DNA of 51,569 nt from Octopus sinensis (taxonomy: Eukaryota): positions 1 through 51,569 of the forward strand of contig NW_021834190.1 in assembly GCF_006345805.1 (NCBI RefSeq), in the 5' to 3' direction. The notes beneath the pieces were generated by a model that saw nothing but the letters and a program-made list of their open reading frames with translations, had not been told where the DNA came from and made no database searches. Positions 34,899-47,459 of the stretch are shown here, piece by piece. The position numbers and the translations under genes are program-made. Position 1 is the first letter of the stretch, and every line of letters starts with the position of its first letter.

Positions 34899-37573
34899 GT
34901 AGAAGACAGCTGGACGTTTCTAAGGGACAACCTGCTGAGAGCCACTGACCAGATCTGTGGCTGGTGCAAAGTCCCCTCTCGACCTAGAATAATGTGGTGG
35001 TGGAACAATATTGTAGACAGGGCTATTAGAGAAAAGAGACAGGCTTGGAAGGTCTGGAAAAATGGGGGTAGCAGGGAATTGTATCAGACTGCCAAAAGAG
35101 AAGCTAGGAGACAGGTTTATTTAGCCAGAGGGGAAGCAGATAAGAAAAAATTTGCCAATGTTCTGCGCCGTGAGGACCAAAGACTGGAGGTGTTTCGTGT
35201 TGCAAGACAGTGTGTGAGAGAGAATCGTGATGTGGTAGGAGAGAAGTGTGTTCGCATGGAAGATGGTTCACTTGCGCTAAATGAGGATGCAAAGAGAGAG
35301 GTTTGGAGATGCCACTATGAAAGGTTGCTGAATGAAGAAAATGAATGGGATAAAGAGAGTCTGCCGAATGTTGACCCAACAGAGGGACCAGCTATACGAG
35401 TTAATAGTTCCGTGGTAGCTAAGGCAATTAGAAGCATGAAGACAGGGAAAGCCCCAGGCCCATCAGGAATCACTGCAGAGATGCTCAAAATGTCTGGTAG
35501 TGTCGGCTATAGCCTAGTCACCCGTATAGTTAATCAGGTGATACACAACGGGGTCATACCCAATGACTGGTGTAGCAGTATAATAGTCAACTGCTACAAA
35601 AGTAAAGGTGATGCCCTAGATACAAATAACTACAGAGGTATCAAGCTGTTGGACCAGGTGATGAAGGTTACGGAGAGGGTCATAGCCCAACTAATTAGAG
35701 AGAGAGTTAGTTTAGATGAGATGCAGTTTGGGTTTGTGCCAGGGAAAAGTACTACTGATGCTATATTCCTGGTAAGGCAGCTGCAGGAGAAATACCTAGC
35801 CAAAGATTAGCCCCTGTACCTGGCTTTTGTTGACATGGAGAAAGCCTTCGACAGGGTCCCCCGATCCCTTATCTGGTGGGCAATGAGGAAACTAGGGATA
35901 GATGAATGGTTAGTGAGAGCTGTGCGGGCCATGTATAGGGACGCCGCTAGTAGGGTGAGGGTTGGAAATGAGTACAGTGAAGAATTCCGGGTAGAGGTAG
36001 GAGTCTACCAAGGCTCAGTACTCAGCCCCCTCCTATTTATCATAGTCCTCCATCCAGGCAATAACGGAGGAATTCAAGACAGGATGCCCTTGGGAGCTCC
36101 TCTATGCTGATGACCTTGCTCTAATTGCTGAGTCGCTATCAGAACTGGAGGAGAAGTTTCAGGTGTGGAAACAAGGATTAGAATCGAAGGGCCTCAGAGT
36201 CAATCTAGCTAAAACCAAAGTCGTAATCAGTAGGAAGGTAGACAAATCACAAACACCTTCAGGTAGATGGCCCTGCTCGATCTGTAGAAAAGGTGTAGGT
36301 AGAAACTCTATAAGATGCACCAAGTGTAAGCTATGGACACATAAGAGATGCAGCAATGTCAAAGGAAGGCTAACTAGGAAGATGGTTTTTGTATGTGGCA
36401 GATGCTCAGGAATAATAAACACTGAAAATGCTCTGAGACCAACTTCCGTCACTTTCCAGGGAGAAAAACTAGAAATAGTTGATAGTTTCCGTTACCTAGG
36501 TGACCAAGTCAGCAGCGGGGGTGGGTGTGCTGAAAGTGTAACTGCTAGAGTAAGAATAGCTTGGGCAAAGTTCAGAGAGCTCTTACCTCTGCTGGTGACA
36601 AAAGGCCTCTCGCACAGAGTGAAAGGCAGACTGTATGATGCGTGTGTACGAACAGCCATGCTACATGGCAGTGAAACATGGGCCGTGACTGCTGAGGATA
36701 TGCGTAAGCTCGCTAGAAATGAAGCCAGTATGCTCCGATGGATGTGTAATGCCGGTACTCACACTCGGCAGAGTGTAAGTACCTTGCGAGAAAAGCTGGA
36801 CCTAAGAAGCATCAGTTGTGGTGTGCAAGAGAGACGTTTGCGCTGGTATGGTCATGTGGCGAGAATGGATGAAGATAGTTTGTGTGAAAAAGTGCCACAC
36901 CCTAGCGGTTGAGGGAACCTGTGGAAGAGGCAGACCCAGGAAAACCTGGGACGAGGTGGTGAAGCACGACCTTCGAACTTTAGGTCTCACTGAGGAAATG
37001 ACTAGAGACCGAGACCTCTGGAAGTGTGCTGTGCGTGAGAAGACCCGGCAGGACAAGTGAGTCCATAACCCGTGGCCTTCTACATGGGATGGAGCCAGCC
37101 TACGTATGCATACCTTCCCTTCTTGGGACACAAAACTCTACTTGTGAAGACGTGTTGAGGCAAGTGAGGATCAGAATCGAAATCGATCAATGGAAATCGA
37201 TCAATGGAAATTGCAGATGTGTTACCAGTGCCGGTGGCATGTAAGAGAACTTTCCGTTTCGCGACCGTTACCAGCACCGCCCCGTTTCGTGTCCATTGCC
37301 AGCCTTGCCTGGCCCTCGTGCCGGTGGCACATAAAAGCACCATCCGTTCGTGGCCGTTTGCCAGCTCTGTCTGGCACCTGTGCAGGTGGCACGTAAAAAG
37401 CACCCACTACACTCACGGAGTGGTTGGCGTTAGGAAGGGCATCCAGCCGTAGAAACACTGCCAGATTTGACTGGGCCTGATGAAGCCTTCTGGCTTCACA
37501 GACCCCAGTAGAACCGTCCAACCCATGCTAGCATGGAAAACGGACGCTAAACGATGATGATGATGATGATGAT
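34899..37573 (+). mobile_element. 5'-truncated RTE copy closely related to copy 1
   Basis: ORFs 34887-35810, 35835-36110 and 36163-36912 are collinear with copy 1 and retain an intact PHD. TAG at 35808, indels near 36051 and 36885, and a (GAT)n tail ending at 37573. Confidence 0.95.
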
Positions 37574-38499
37574 ACATATGGTGTTAGTTTCCTTTTTGGC
37601 AAAAAATATTTATTTTTCTAAGATCTTCCTAAAACTTTTAGTAACAGAGTTTTCATTTAAATTCTATATCATATTATATTTGTTAGCTTTAGAAAGAAGA
37701 GAAATGTTTGTATCCTGTTTAGAACTTCATGAAAACCACTTTGTAACATAAAGGTAATGGTTTCTAGGAGACCTAGTTTTATATTTCTTCAGATGTCTTG
37801 AGATCAAAGTTAAAGTAGGAGGTGATGAATCATCATAATCTTAGAAATATTGGCTGTGAAATCAATAGGCTGTTTCTGAGTAGAATTGTAGAGATTGTCT
37901 TTATTAGAGATGATGCAGATAATTGCATATTTCTTCATTTTTGATTAAGTGATCTTTGAGCACAAATTTCAAACTTTGTAAAGGATTAGTCACTTGGAAA
38001 TAATAATCTCAAGGTGATATCTGAGACAATATCACATAGTGATAATCCCATTCTAAGTTACCCAAATCTCAAAATTTCTGAATTGATATCTTGTACAGAT
38101 TATATCAATTTGAATCCTTTGAAAAACCTTCCTCTTTATTTTACACAGTAGTGTCTTGTCTTTGGCCACATCTATAAAAATAATCAGGAGACCAAGTTAT
38201 CCACTTCTATACATCACTTGAAGTTGCTCACTTGACTTGTAGTTTTAAATTAGAAGCTATAATAGTGACATCTTAGATAATGAATAGAGTTGAAAAAAAG
38301 GAACTGATTGAATGTTTTGTTGTGTGTAGAAGGTTGAACTGGATTCACTGTGGATAGCAAATACAACATATGTTCATGGTACTGGGTTTGTTAAAAAGTG
38401 ATGGAAAAGAATTTTTGACAAAGTTGCTGGATGTCTAATTAGCAAGTGTCTGTTTAATTGCAATCAAGGAGCTAAAAACTTATATGCAGACATTGATTT

Positions 38500-39064
38500 C
38501 TTTTTGGGCAGTAAAGCAGCTCTGTGGGTGTTTCAGCCCTTTCCATCATGGCACTAGAACTGTCCAGGGCCACCTACTGGTGTAAACAACAACATAAGCA
38601 TGCAACAGCCCAAGCTTTGGTGATCAGATGTTGCAACTCTGGATCAGTTATTTCTACCATCCTCATTGCTAATTCTTGCTTCGTCACTCATGCTCTCTCC
38701 TCAGGAAGATATAATAAGTTGCTTTCTTGACAACTTCTGGCAATTTTCTTGTAACATCTTTTGTGTCATTTGCACCTAGTCCAAAACTCCCGAGCATCAA
38801 GTGAACCCTGATTCCAACAAATCCTCTGACATTGTCTCTACAGGAAGGTATATTACCTCTCTTCCATTGTTTTCCCAAAGTTTTAAACAACCTTATCATA
38901 TTTTCTTTCCTGAGGAGAGCATCTTCGATGTTTCCTTCTTAGGGAACTGTCAGCTTTACCACCTTTTTTTCTTAGCACCGTATGACAAGCTCAGGTCTCT
39001 TGATGGTAAAAAGTGACAAGTGATATTTACCATCAGAATCAACAGAAACTCCTACTTCCCCATT
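38500..39064 (-). mobile_element. HERO-like (restriction-like endonuclease) non-LTR retrotransposon 3' remnant
   Basis: Minus-strand frames give VSVDSDGK...TIKRPELVI, VVKLTVP*, EGNIEDALLRK and VRGFVG...LGSFGLG...RKLPEVVKKATYYIFLRREHE*. This matches the RPDIV / ELTVPWE / RGFV..LG..AS.WIWLRR pattern of REL-type C-termini. Confidence 0.65.
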
Positions 39065-39189
39065 TTCGATCATTCTTCTTCCTTACAGTGGCTGGCTTGC
39101 AACCTTTATCTTCCCATGCCCCACTACTTGTGGCCTTTTGCCATTGCTAATTCACATTACCCTCTCCTATACTGCATCAATCAGTACTC

Positions 39190-39372
39190 TAAATGCTTGG
39201 TTATACTGCCATATGCATCATAGTCTGAGTTCAAATTCCACCAAGGCCTACTTTGCCTTTCATTCTTTTGGAATTGATAAAATAAGTACCTGTTAAGCAC
39301 TGGGGTTGATATAATTGACTAGCCCCTTCCTCAAAATTCCAGGCTTTTTTGCCTATAGTAGAAAGCATTATT
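39190..39372 (+). mobile_element. SINE (third family)
   Basis: B-box-like GAGTTCAAATTCC. Homologous to 26030-26222. Confidence 0.65.
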
Positions 39373-39506
39373 TCATCATATTTATACCAAAAACTTACAA
39401 TAATCTTCAATTGATAATTTAGAATATTTATTGTTAGTTTCAGAAAATATTTAATTTCTAGTACACGTGTATTTTCTCTTTTAATATTTTCTTTTTTTTT
39501 CACCAG

Positions 39507-39815
39507 TGAGACCTATGTTCAGTTCAGGATCAAATTGTCCAAAAAAGAGAAATGTTTCCAATGGAGAAACTGTAATTTTGAAACAGTGTTTTTATTCGCA
39601 TCCAAAATCTGATGTAAAATGGCAGAAAAATGAGGAATCAATTGACTCAAACAAATATTTAATAACTGATTATTTACAAGATGAGTTTCCTTTCAAAGGA
39701 AGCTGTACTAGTTTGAAGATAGAAGACACCAAAGATGATGTTATAGATACTTATACCTTAACAGTGGAAAACTCAGAAGGAAAAGAAACTGTTGTTTTTA
39801 CTTTGAGATATAAGA
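39507..39815 (+). CDS. Ig-like (I-set-like, membrane-proximal) domain exon 3
   Basis: T-tract plus CACCAG acceptor, and AGA|GTAAGT donor. 309 nt, phase 1-1. VRPMF...NVSNGETVILKQCFYSHPKSDVKWQKN...SLKIED...DTYTLTVENSEG. Confidence 0.9.
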
Positions 39816-40034
39816 GTAAGTTGTTACATGCTTCTTTAATCATTTAGAATGTTATTTTATGTTATACAGAATTGTTTGTAATTTATTAATATATTCATAA
39901 AGTACTTAAAGTTCTACTTTCAGTTTAAGTGTTATAGTCAGCTCTGGGTTTTAATGTCAGAGTGTCTAGTTTAGCTTTGTTTCTTGCTCAGTATTACATT
40001 TGTAAGTACAAATAATTTTCCTTTCAGAAATCAT

Positions 40035-41030
40035 CATTATCACCATCATCATCATCATTTAACATCTACTTTCCATGTTGGCATGGGTTGGACATTTTGA
40101 CTAGAGGTCACCAAGCGGAAGACTGCACCATGCTATGCTTTCTGTTTTGACATGATTTTGAATGGACTGAATGCTTATGTGACACCAGCACAACTGAGAT
40201 CAGTTTTGGCATGTTTTTTTTTAACAGTTGGATGCTCTTCCAAACGCCAACCACTATACAGTGTGGAATGGATGCTTTTTATGTGGCACCAACAATAACA
40301 GAGTCACCAAATAACTTGTAAGATAAAGATCCTTTGAGAGACGATGTGGCATTGGAGGTGATCTTGTGCCAGATGATGAAAGGTTAGTGTATGACAGAGA
40401 AACAAATAGATGTGTTGCTGCAGAGGAGATACATGATTACCCAGTCAGAAGGAGAGAGAAGGAGTGATCGCGATTGAGGCCAGTAATGGGTGTGTTGCTG
40501 TAGAAGTGATACATAGTTAACCAGTCTAAGGAATAGAGAAAGGGAGTGAAAGAGAGCAAAAGAAAGAGGGAGATTGTCAGAGAGCAGGAGAAAGAGGGAG
40601 AGTGCAAGAGAGCAGGAGAAAGAGAAAGAGAGTGCAAGAGAGCAGAGAGAGATGGTGGTAAAGCACCAGAGCATGCTCACAAGGAATGGGGATCAGAATA
40701 TAAATGGGATGGTAGAGAAGAGCCAGGAGGAGATAAGTGGTAGCAAAGTGGAAGAGTATGCTCTAAAGACATGGGGTCAGAATATAAAAGGGTGGGAGTT
40801 GCCAAGGTACATGTATAGAGAGTGAATGCAAGGTGTGTGGGGGTGGGGTATGCAGTGACTGTTAAAACCTGGGCATAGAGTGGGTAGGGGACAACAGGAT
40901 AGTAATGATACTGTGAGCAGTGCAGTGTGGACAGGACTGGGGAGCAAGAGATAAGCATAGTGCATTAAAAGGGGAAATGTGAGTAAGAGGAGAGATGTAG
41001 TTTGGTTTGTTGGAGTAGGGTGTGAAGATG
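40035..41030 (-). mobile_element. Older RTE-subfamily 3' UTR fragment
   Basis: CAT-repeat tail at about 40035-40057, the reverse-complement core, and a purine-rich segment homologous to 25400-25900. Confidence 0.65.
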
Positions 41031-42409
41031 GCAAAACTTATATTGGGAAACTACTCCCTCAGTTTTAGTGAAGTTTTCAGGTTGATTAACTATTTTTAGT
41101 GTGTTTATTTAAATATTTTCTATGTAGTTTAAGTGGAGTTGTTTTAAATGTAGTAAGGCATTTTTGCTGAAATAGGGAAACAGTGAACGAATGCATATAA
41201 ATACTGAAATATTACCTCTTTTTGGCCTTTCTACTGGTCCAAATTGGTTAAATCTCTTAAGTTATTTTGATTTATATGATTCCCTATACAATGTTCATGG
41301 AGATTTAATAAATCTGTCAGTTGGACACTTAGCACTAGGAAGGAGATCCAGTTGTATAAACCATGCGAAAACAGACACTAAAGCTTGATGTGGCTCCCAG
41401 ACTTACCAGCTCCTGTCAAACAGTTCACCATGCCAGTATAGATAACAGATGTGAAATGACAGCAGCAATGTTCTTTTTTTTTTTTTGTCATAGAACAGAA
41501 TATTTGGAATTAATGCAGTTATTGCAAGTTAAATGATGTCAAGTTACTACAAAGCAGCACTAAGTAAAAAATTCAGAACCTGTCTGAGACAGGATAACAT
41601 TGGCCTCACCAAGTTAGAAACAGTTCCATGCATGTAGATTGCTTGAAGTTGATGGTTCATCTGTGGTCTTCATTAATCAATGACCAATGGCCTAAAAAAG
41701 AGTTGGGGGAACTGTTCAGTATGAAAAGTAAATTGAAAGGTGTATAAGAATTTCTGAGGTACATTTTTACTGAGAAAATTAATGAATCTTTCAAATTCAT
41801 AGATATGCTATGTATATAACATTACTATTTAAATTTTTTCATATGGATCTTTATAGATTTTCTCATTGAGTAATTTCAAATTTAAAATCAGGTGATGAGC
41901 TCCTCACTCCTAGTGTAGACCATATTTATAAAGTATTCCGGGATAGTAACAAACAATTTATATCACTTTATGAAATGGCAGGAATTTAATTTATTATCCA
42001 ATTTAACAAACTGCAAATGCTATATTGGCCTTAGTCTCCTTATTTTTTTCCTGATTTATAGCTTTCTTATGAAAAATAGTTCTGAAATCATATGTTAAAA
42101 TTCAAGAATTATAATGCTTAGATGAGGCTGATTAGGGGACCTTAGCCAGCAGTTACAAGTACACACAATTTCGGCATGCACTTCCACTTTCCCCAGAAAA
42201 GATTGCCACATCATTGCGTGGGTTTGAAATCATTAGTGTAACCCGACGGACATATTGTTTTTACTGTGCTGTCACTGTGTAAAATGCTGAAATATTCAAC
42301 ACTACATTACATAACTACAGTTATGTCTGTGCAGTCACAGAGAAGAATGATTAGAAACATTTCTAAAGCATTAACAGAATGAACACATCCTTATTAGAAG
42401 GATATAAAT

Positions 42410-44700
42410 TGCCCTCATCATCATTTTGATGTCTGTCTTTGATGTTGGCATGGGTTGGATGGTTTCATAAAAGCTGGCAAGCCAGAGAGCTGCACCAGGC
42501 CCAATTGTTTGATTTGCCATGGTTTCTATGGCTGATTGCTCTTCCTAATGCCTGCCACCTTACAGAGTGTACTGGGTGCTTTTAATGCAACACCAGCACT
42601 GATGACTTTTTTTATATGGCACCAACTGGCACTCCATTGGTAATGGTGATGAGTGTTCCAGTTGATTGGATCATTGGAACAGCCTGCTCATGAAATTACC
42701 ATACAAGTGACTAAGCACTCCACAGATATGTGTTCTCAGAGAGATTCAATGTGACAATGAATGTGGCAAGGCTGGCCCTTTGAATTACAGGTACAATTAA
42801 TTTTTGTCAACCCAGTGATTGGAGCAACATGATATTGAAGCATCTTGCTCAAGGATGCAATGTACTGTTGGGAGTCAAACTAACAGTTTTATTATCATGA
42901 GCCAAATACACTAACCACTAAGCCATGCACCTTCACATGTGGCACCAGCACCAGTGGGGTTGCCAAGTAACTTGTGAGACCTCTCAGTTGGGAGAGGAAG
43001 TGGAACTGAGGGAAGTAGCTTAGTGCCAAGTGAGAGATTAGAATATGATAGGGGAATAGAGATAAATGTCTTACTATGGAAGAGATACTTGGCTACTCCA
43101 GAAGGAAAAAAAGAAGAGAGAGAAAGTTAGAAGAAAGATAGAGACATTCAAAGCAAGAGAAAGAGAGAGAGAGAAATAGATGGTGTTGAAGTTGCATCGG
43201 AATCTGGTGGGGAGTAGTAGTAGTCCGAAGAGAATAGAAAGCGGATGTTCTACAAAAGTGTGAGGGGAAATGTTTAGAGATGAGGAAGAGGTGACTTTAG
43301 GAGGTAATGGTGAGAGAAATTGAAACTGGAATGGTTGGGAGGGAGTGTGATTGATATGTGAGGGCATGTAGTGTGTGCAGTTAGGCATTTGAGATAGAGT
43401 GGATGTGACTATAGCAAATGGGGATTATGGTTGCTGGAATGAAGGGGAGGTATTTGGAAGATGGGTAGTGGGGGAATTTTGACAAAGGACAGATTACATT
43501 GGTGTGTGTGAGAGGAAGGCATGGCCATAAAGGACATGCCTGTATGTATGGACGGCCACAATTTTACTTAGTTTGACATATCTTCTCAAGCACAACAAAT
43601 CACCAGAAGTCTCGGTCCCTTGTCATCTCCTCTGTGAGGCTCAACATCTGAAGATCATTTCTCACCACTTTGTCTCGCATCTTCCTCAGTTTACCTCATT
43701 TACAAGTTTACAGATCAGCACTTCTTTATGCAGCTATCCTCAGCCTTATGCATCACATGACAGTACTAGCACAGTCTTCTCTCTTGCACACTGCATCTGA
43801 TGCCACTTATACCCAATTTTTTTCTCAAAATTCTTACACTCTATTGTACATGCACACTGACATTGCACATTTCTTTCAAGCCTTCAATTACCCTCTGCAG
43901 TCACAGCCCATGTTTCACTGTCACTATCCATACATAGGCATCATCTGTTCTACCTTTCACTCTGAGAGAGAGGCCTTTTGTTACCTGCAATATTGCCCAG
44001 CACATTCTTATTCTAGCAACATTTTCAGAGCATTCTCCTCCACTGTTAACTTGGTCATCAAGGTAATGGAAGCTATCCACACTTGTAAAGAACTGCCCAC
44101 CTACTTCATACATTCTTAGTTTTTATTGTACCTACTTACCTGTGACACACAAAGAATAGTTTTTCTGTTAAACTTCTGTGATACTGCAGTATTTCTTGTG
44201 TGTTACACTGAGTACAATTTATGGAATTTCTACCTATACCTTTTCTGCATATCAAGAACAGCTGTCTCCCTGAAGAGATTAATAACTTGTCTACTTTCCT
44301 ACTTACTAGGACTTTGGTCTTTGCTTAATTAATTCTGAGGCCCTTTTATTCCAGACCTTGTCTCCACACCTGAAATTTATTTTACAATTCTAGTAGAGAT
44401 TCAGCTATAAGAACAAACTCATCAGCATAGAGGAGCTCCCAAAGGCAATCAGTCTTAAATTCTTCTGTTATGGCGTGGAGGACTATGATAAAGAAGAGGA
44501 AGCTAAGAACTGATCTTTGATGAATACCTAACTGTACACAAAATCCATTACTCTTCTCATTGCCAACTTTCACCTTACTGACAGCATCCCTGTACATGGC
44601 TTGTATGGCTCTCACCAAGCACTCATCTATCACTAGCTTCTACGTTGGCTACCAGATTAAGGAGCAGGGGACCTTGTCAAAAGCTTTCTCCATTTTCTAG
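42410..44700 (-). mobile_element. Old 5'-truncated RTE copy (RT C-terminal half, PHD remnant, CT-rich 3' UTR), interrupted by a SINE
   Basis: ORFs 44382-44633 (LYADE) and 43901-44113 (VDSFHYL..QV). PHD remnant at 44130-44300. The UTR continues to the core and tail near 42410. Confidence 0.8.
42627..42936 (-). mobile_element. tRNA-derived SINE (family of 13045-13360)
   Basis: Reverse complement of the 13045 element. Flanked by AT(A/G)TGGCACCA(A/G)C at 42614-42626 and 42937-42949. Confidence 0.8.
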
Positions 44701-44984
44701 TGACTTTATAACAACTTTGGTTGCAATTGAATACAAAAAATTCAAAAATTTGCAGCTTTATTTAAAAGGCATATTGCATGGTATTTTTGTGTGGATTTGA
44801 ACGTTGCATGGAAACATGATATGAGCGCTGGTAGGCATTAGATTAATACCTTTTGTTGGATGTGCAATACTAATGTGAGCTGAGAAATCTATTGCTTTTA
44901 GTGGATTATAATGGAAAGACATTTTTGTTGAATTAAATGTGTGGTGGAAAGGAAAACAGAAGTGTAATAAAATGAAACACTATA

Positions 44985-46546
44985 AAAATTGATAGTACCC
45001 TGGTAGATAAAGAAATTAAGGATATGAAAACAGAAGCACCTGTCTCATAAGTAATCACTGCTGAGATGCTTAAAATATCAGGTGGTGTGGATTATGGTCT
45101 TGTCATCCACATCGTAAATCAGGTAGTTTCAGATTATTGGATCAGGTGATGAAAGTTACGGAGAGGGTCACAGCCCAACTAATTATGGAAAGAGTTAGCC
45201 TAGATAAGATGCAGTTTGGTTTTGTGCCAAGCAGAAGCACCACTGATGCTATATTTTTGGTAAGGTAACTGCGGGAGAAATATCTGGCCAAATATAAACC
45301 TCTGTACTTGGCTTTTGTTGACTTGGAGAAAGCTTATCTGATGGCCAATGTGAAAACTGAGGATGGACAAGTGGTTGATAAGAGCTGTACAGAGATACAG
45401 TCAGTAAGATGACAGTTGGCAACGAGTATAGTGGATAATTCCAGGTAGAAGTATAGATTCACCAGGGATCAGTCCTCAGTCCCCTCTTATTCATTATAGT
45501 CCTCCAGGCAATAACAGAGGAAGCCCCTCTATGCTGATGACCATGTTCTAATAGCCAAGTCACTGCCAGAACCAGAGAGAGAGTTTAGGGTGTAGAAGCA
45601 AGGTCTAGAATTGAAGAGCCTTAGGGTTAACATAGCAAAAACCAAAGTTTTAGTAAGTAGGGAGGATGAAAAATCACAAACACCTTCAGGTAGATGGCCC
45701 TGCTCAATCTTTAGAAAAGGCATAGGTAGAAACTCCATATGATGTACCCGGTGTAATCAATGGACACATAAAAGGTGCAGCAATATCAAAGGAAGGTTAA
45801 CTGGGAAGAATTAAACACTGAAGATGTACAGAAATCATATTCCATCACATGCAAGGAGGGAATACTAGAAGTAGTTGATATCTTCCACTAACTAGGCAAC
45901 CAATTCTGTAGTGGGGTGGTTGCTCTGATATTGTCATGGCTAGAATAAGAATAGCGTGGGCAAAGTTCAGAGAGCTCCTATTTTTGATTGAGAAAACCTG
46001 GCAACTGAAGTGAGATCACTACCATGGCCGATGCCGGTGTTGCATGTCCAGTCCATTTAAGAGTACCCATGATGCGTTGGGTGATATGCTATGCTTGAGA
46101 AGTCCTGTTGAGTCAAGTAAAACCAAAATTGTAGCTGTGGCCTGTGCCTCCTGACTGGCTCCTGTTCTCGTGGCACATAGAAAGCAGTATCCAAATGTGA
46201 TTGAGGCCAGGATCGCATGACTGGTTCCTATGCTGGCGGCACGTAAAAATCACCATCCAAATGTGGCCGATGCCAGAAACCCCTGACTGGCTCCTGTGCT
46301 GGTGGCACGTAAAAAGTACTATCTGAACATGATCAATGCCAGGCCCACCTAACTGGCACCTGTGCTGATGGCCCCCACTACACTCTCGGAGAGGTTAGCA
46401 TTAGGAAGGGCATCCTGCTGTAGAAACATTGGCAGATCAGATTGGAGCCTGGTGCAGCTGCTGGCTCTCCAGACCTCACTCAAACCATCCCACCCATGCC
46501 AGAATGTAAAATGGATGTTAAACGATAATGATGATAATGATGATGA
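44985..46546 (+). mobile_element. Degraded RTE copy with internal deletions
   Basis: TAEMLKISG, QFGFVPSRSTTDAIF, LYADD and WPCSI remnants. UTR units, core and GAT tail ending near 46546. Confidence 0.85.
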
Positions 46547-46656
46547 GTTGTGTACCCCAATAAAATGAGACACATGAGTAATGAAAAATTCTTCATTATA
46601 CTTACTATATATATATTGATGTAATAATTCATGGTCTTTTTAATACATCTTTTCAG

Positions 46657-46758
46657 AAAAGCAAGAAATACCTATGGAAATAATTATTGGTTGCACTGTC
46701 GGAATTGTATTATTATTAATAATAATGGGTCTTACTTATATATTCTACAAAAGAGGAG
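46657..46758 (+). CDS. Transmembrane exon of the Ig-superfamily gene
   Basis: TTTTCAG acceptor and GAG|GTTTGT donor. 102 nt, phase 1-1. KKQEIPMEIIIGCTVGIVLLLIIMGLTYIFYKRG is a hydrophobic span followed by basic residues. Confidence 0.88.
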
Positions 46759-47250
46759 GTTTGTATGTTTTTCATATTATAAAGCTTTATTTATCACAAC
46801 AATGTGTGTATGTGTGTGTGTGTGTGCGTGCACGTGTATACATGTGTGTATATATATATATATTTAGAGGGAAAGTAAGAAGAAAAATAAGCAAAAATGC
46901 ACATTAGAAATCAAAAAAAGTAAAGGCTTTTTATGGAAAGTAACGATAGATATATACAATCAGATGAACTGAGGTAGGAATAAAAGTAATAAAAGCCATT
47001 ATTGTGAATTGTTAAAGAGATTCAAAAGCATATGGGTTTTGTGAATTTACTAATCATTGCTTTGAATGCAAATCAATTAATGAACGGTGTCAGGTCTATT
47101 AGTCACTGAGTAAAACGGTTATGTGTATGGGAGGTAAGTAGTTCTAGATTTGGTGCAATTAGGGTAGATATAGAGCTGAATGTAAATGGTGTATTGGATG
47201 TATGGGGGTTAGTGGTATTAATTGAAAGGTTAGTAGTGTTCTGTATTACG

Positions 47251-47445
47251 TTAGCTGTTCATATTGAGGTGTGGAAGATATTTATTGATGAAAGTTGCCT
47301 CTTCATGCATTCTTTGTTGTACTGAGGTGTTCTGTGAACATTGAGGGAAGGGGAAAATTAGGAAATTGGGATTAAGATTCCTAGCACACCTTTCTATATG
47401 TTCACCAACCTGTATCTGTGTGTATTGTGGGTGGCGGATTATGAA
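47251..47445 (-). mobile_element. Penelope-like GIY-YIG C-terminal fragment
   Basis: IRHPQYTQIQVGEHIERCARNLNPNFLIFPF...RMHEEATFINKYLPHLNMNS*. Same type as the 21681-21990 fragment. Confidence 0.65.
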
Positions 47446-47459
47446 TAAGGAGAATTTTA

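Noticed and set aside
37470-37505. CTGATGA followed by the hairpin AGCC-TTCT-GGCT
   Set aside because: No GAAA follows, and other copies read CTGGTGCA here, so it is a chance mutation.
43530-45990. Twin-priming inversion of one RTE insertion
   Set aside because: The two opposed pieces overlap over the same RT-PHD region and carry different 3' UTR types, so they are independent insertions.
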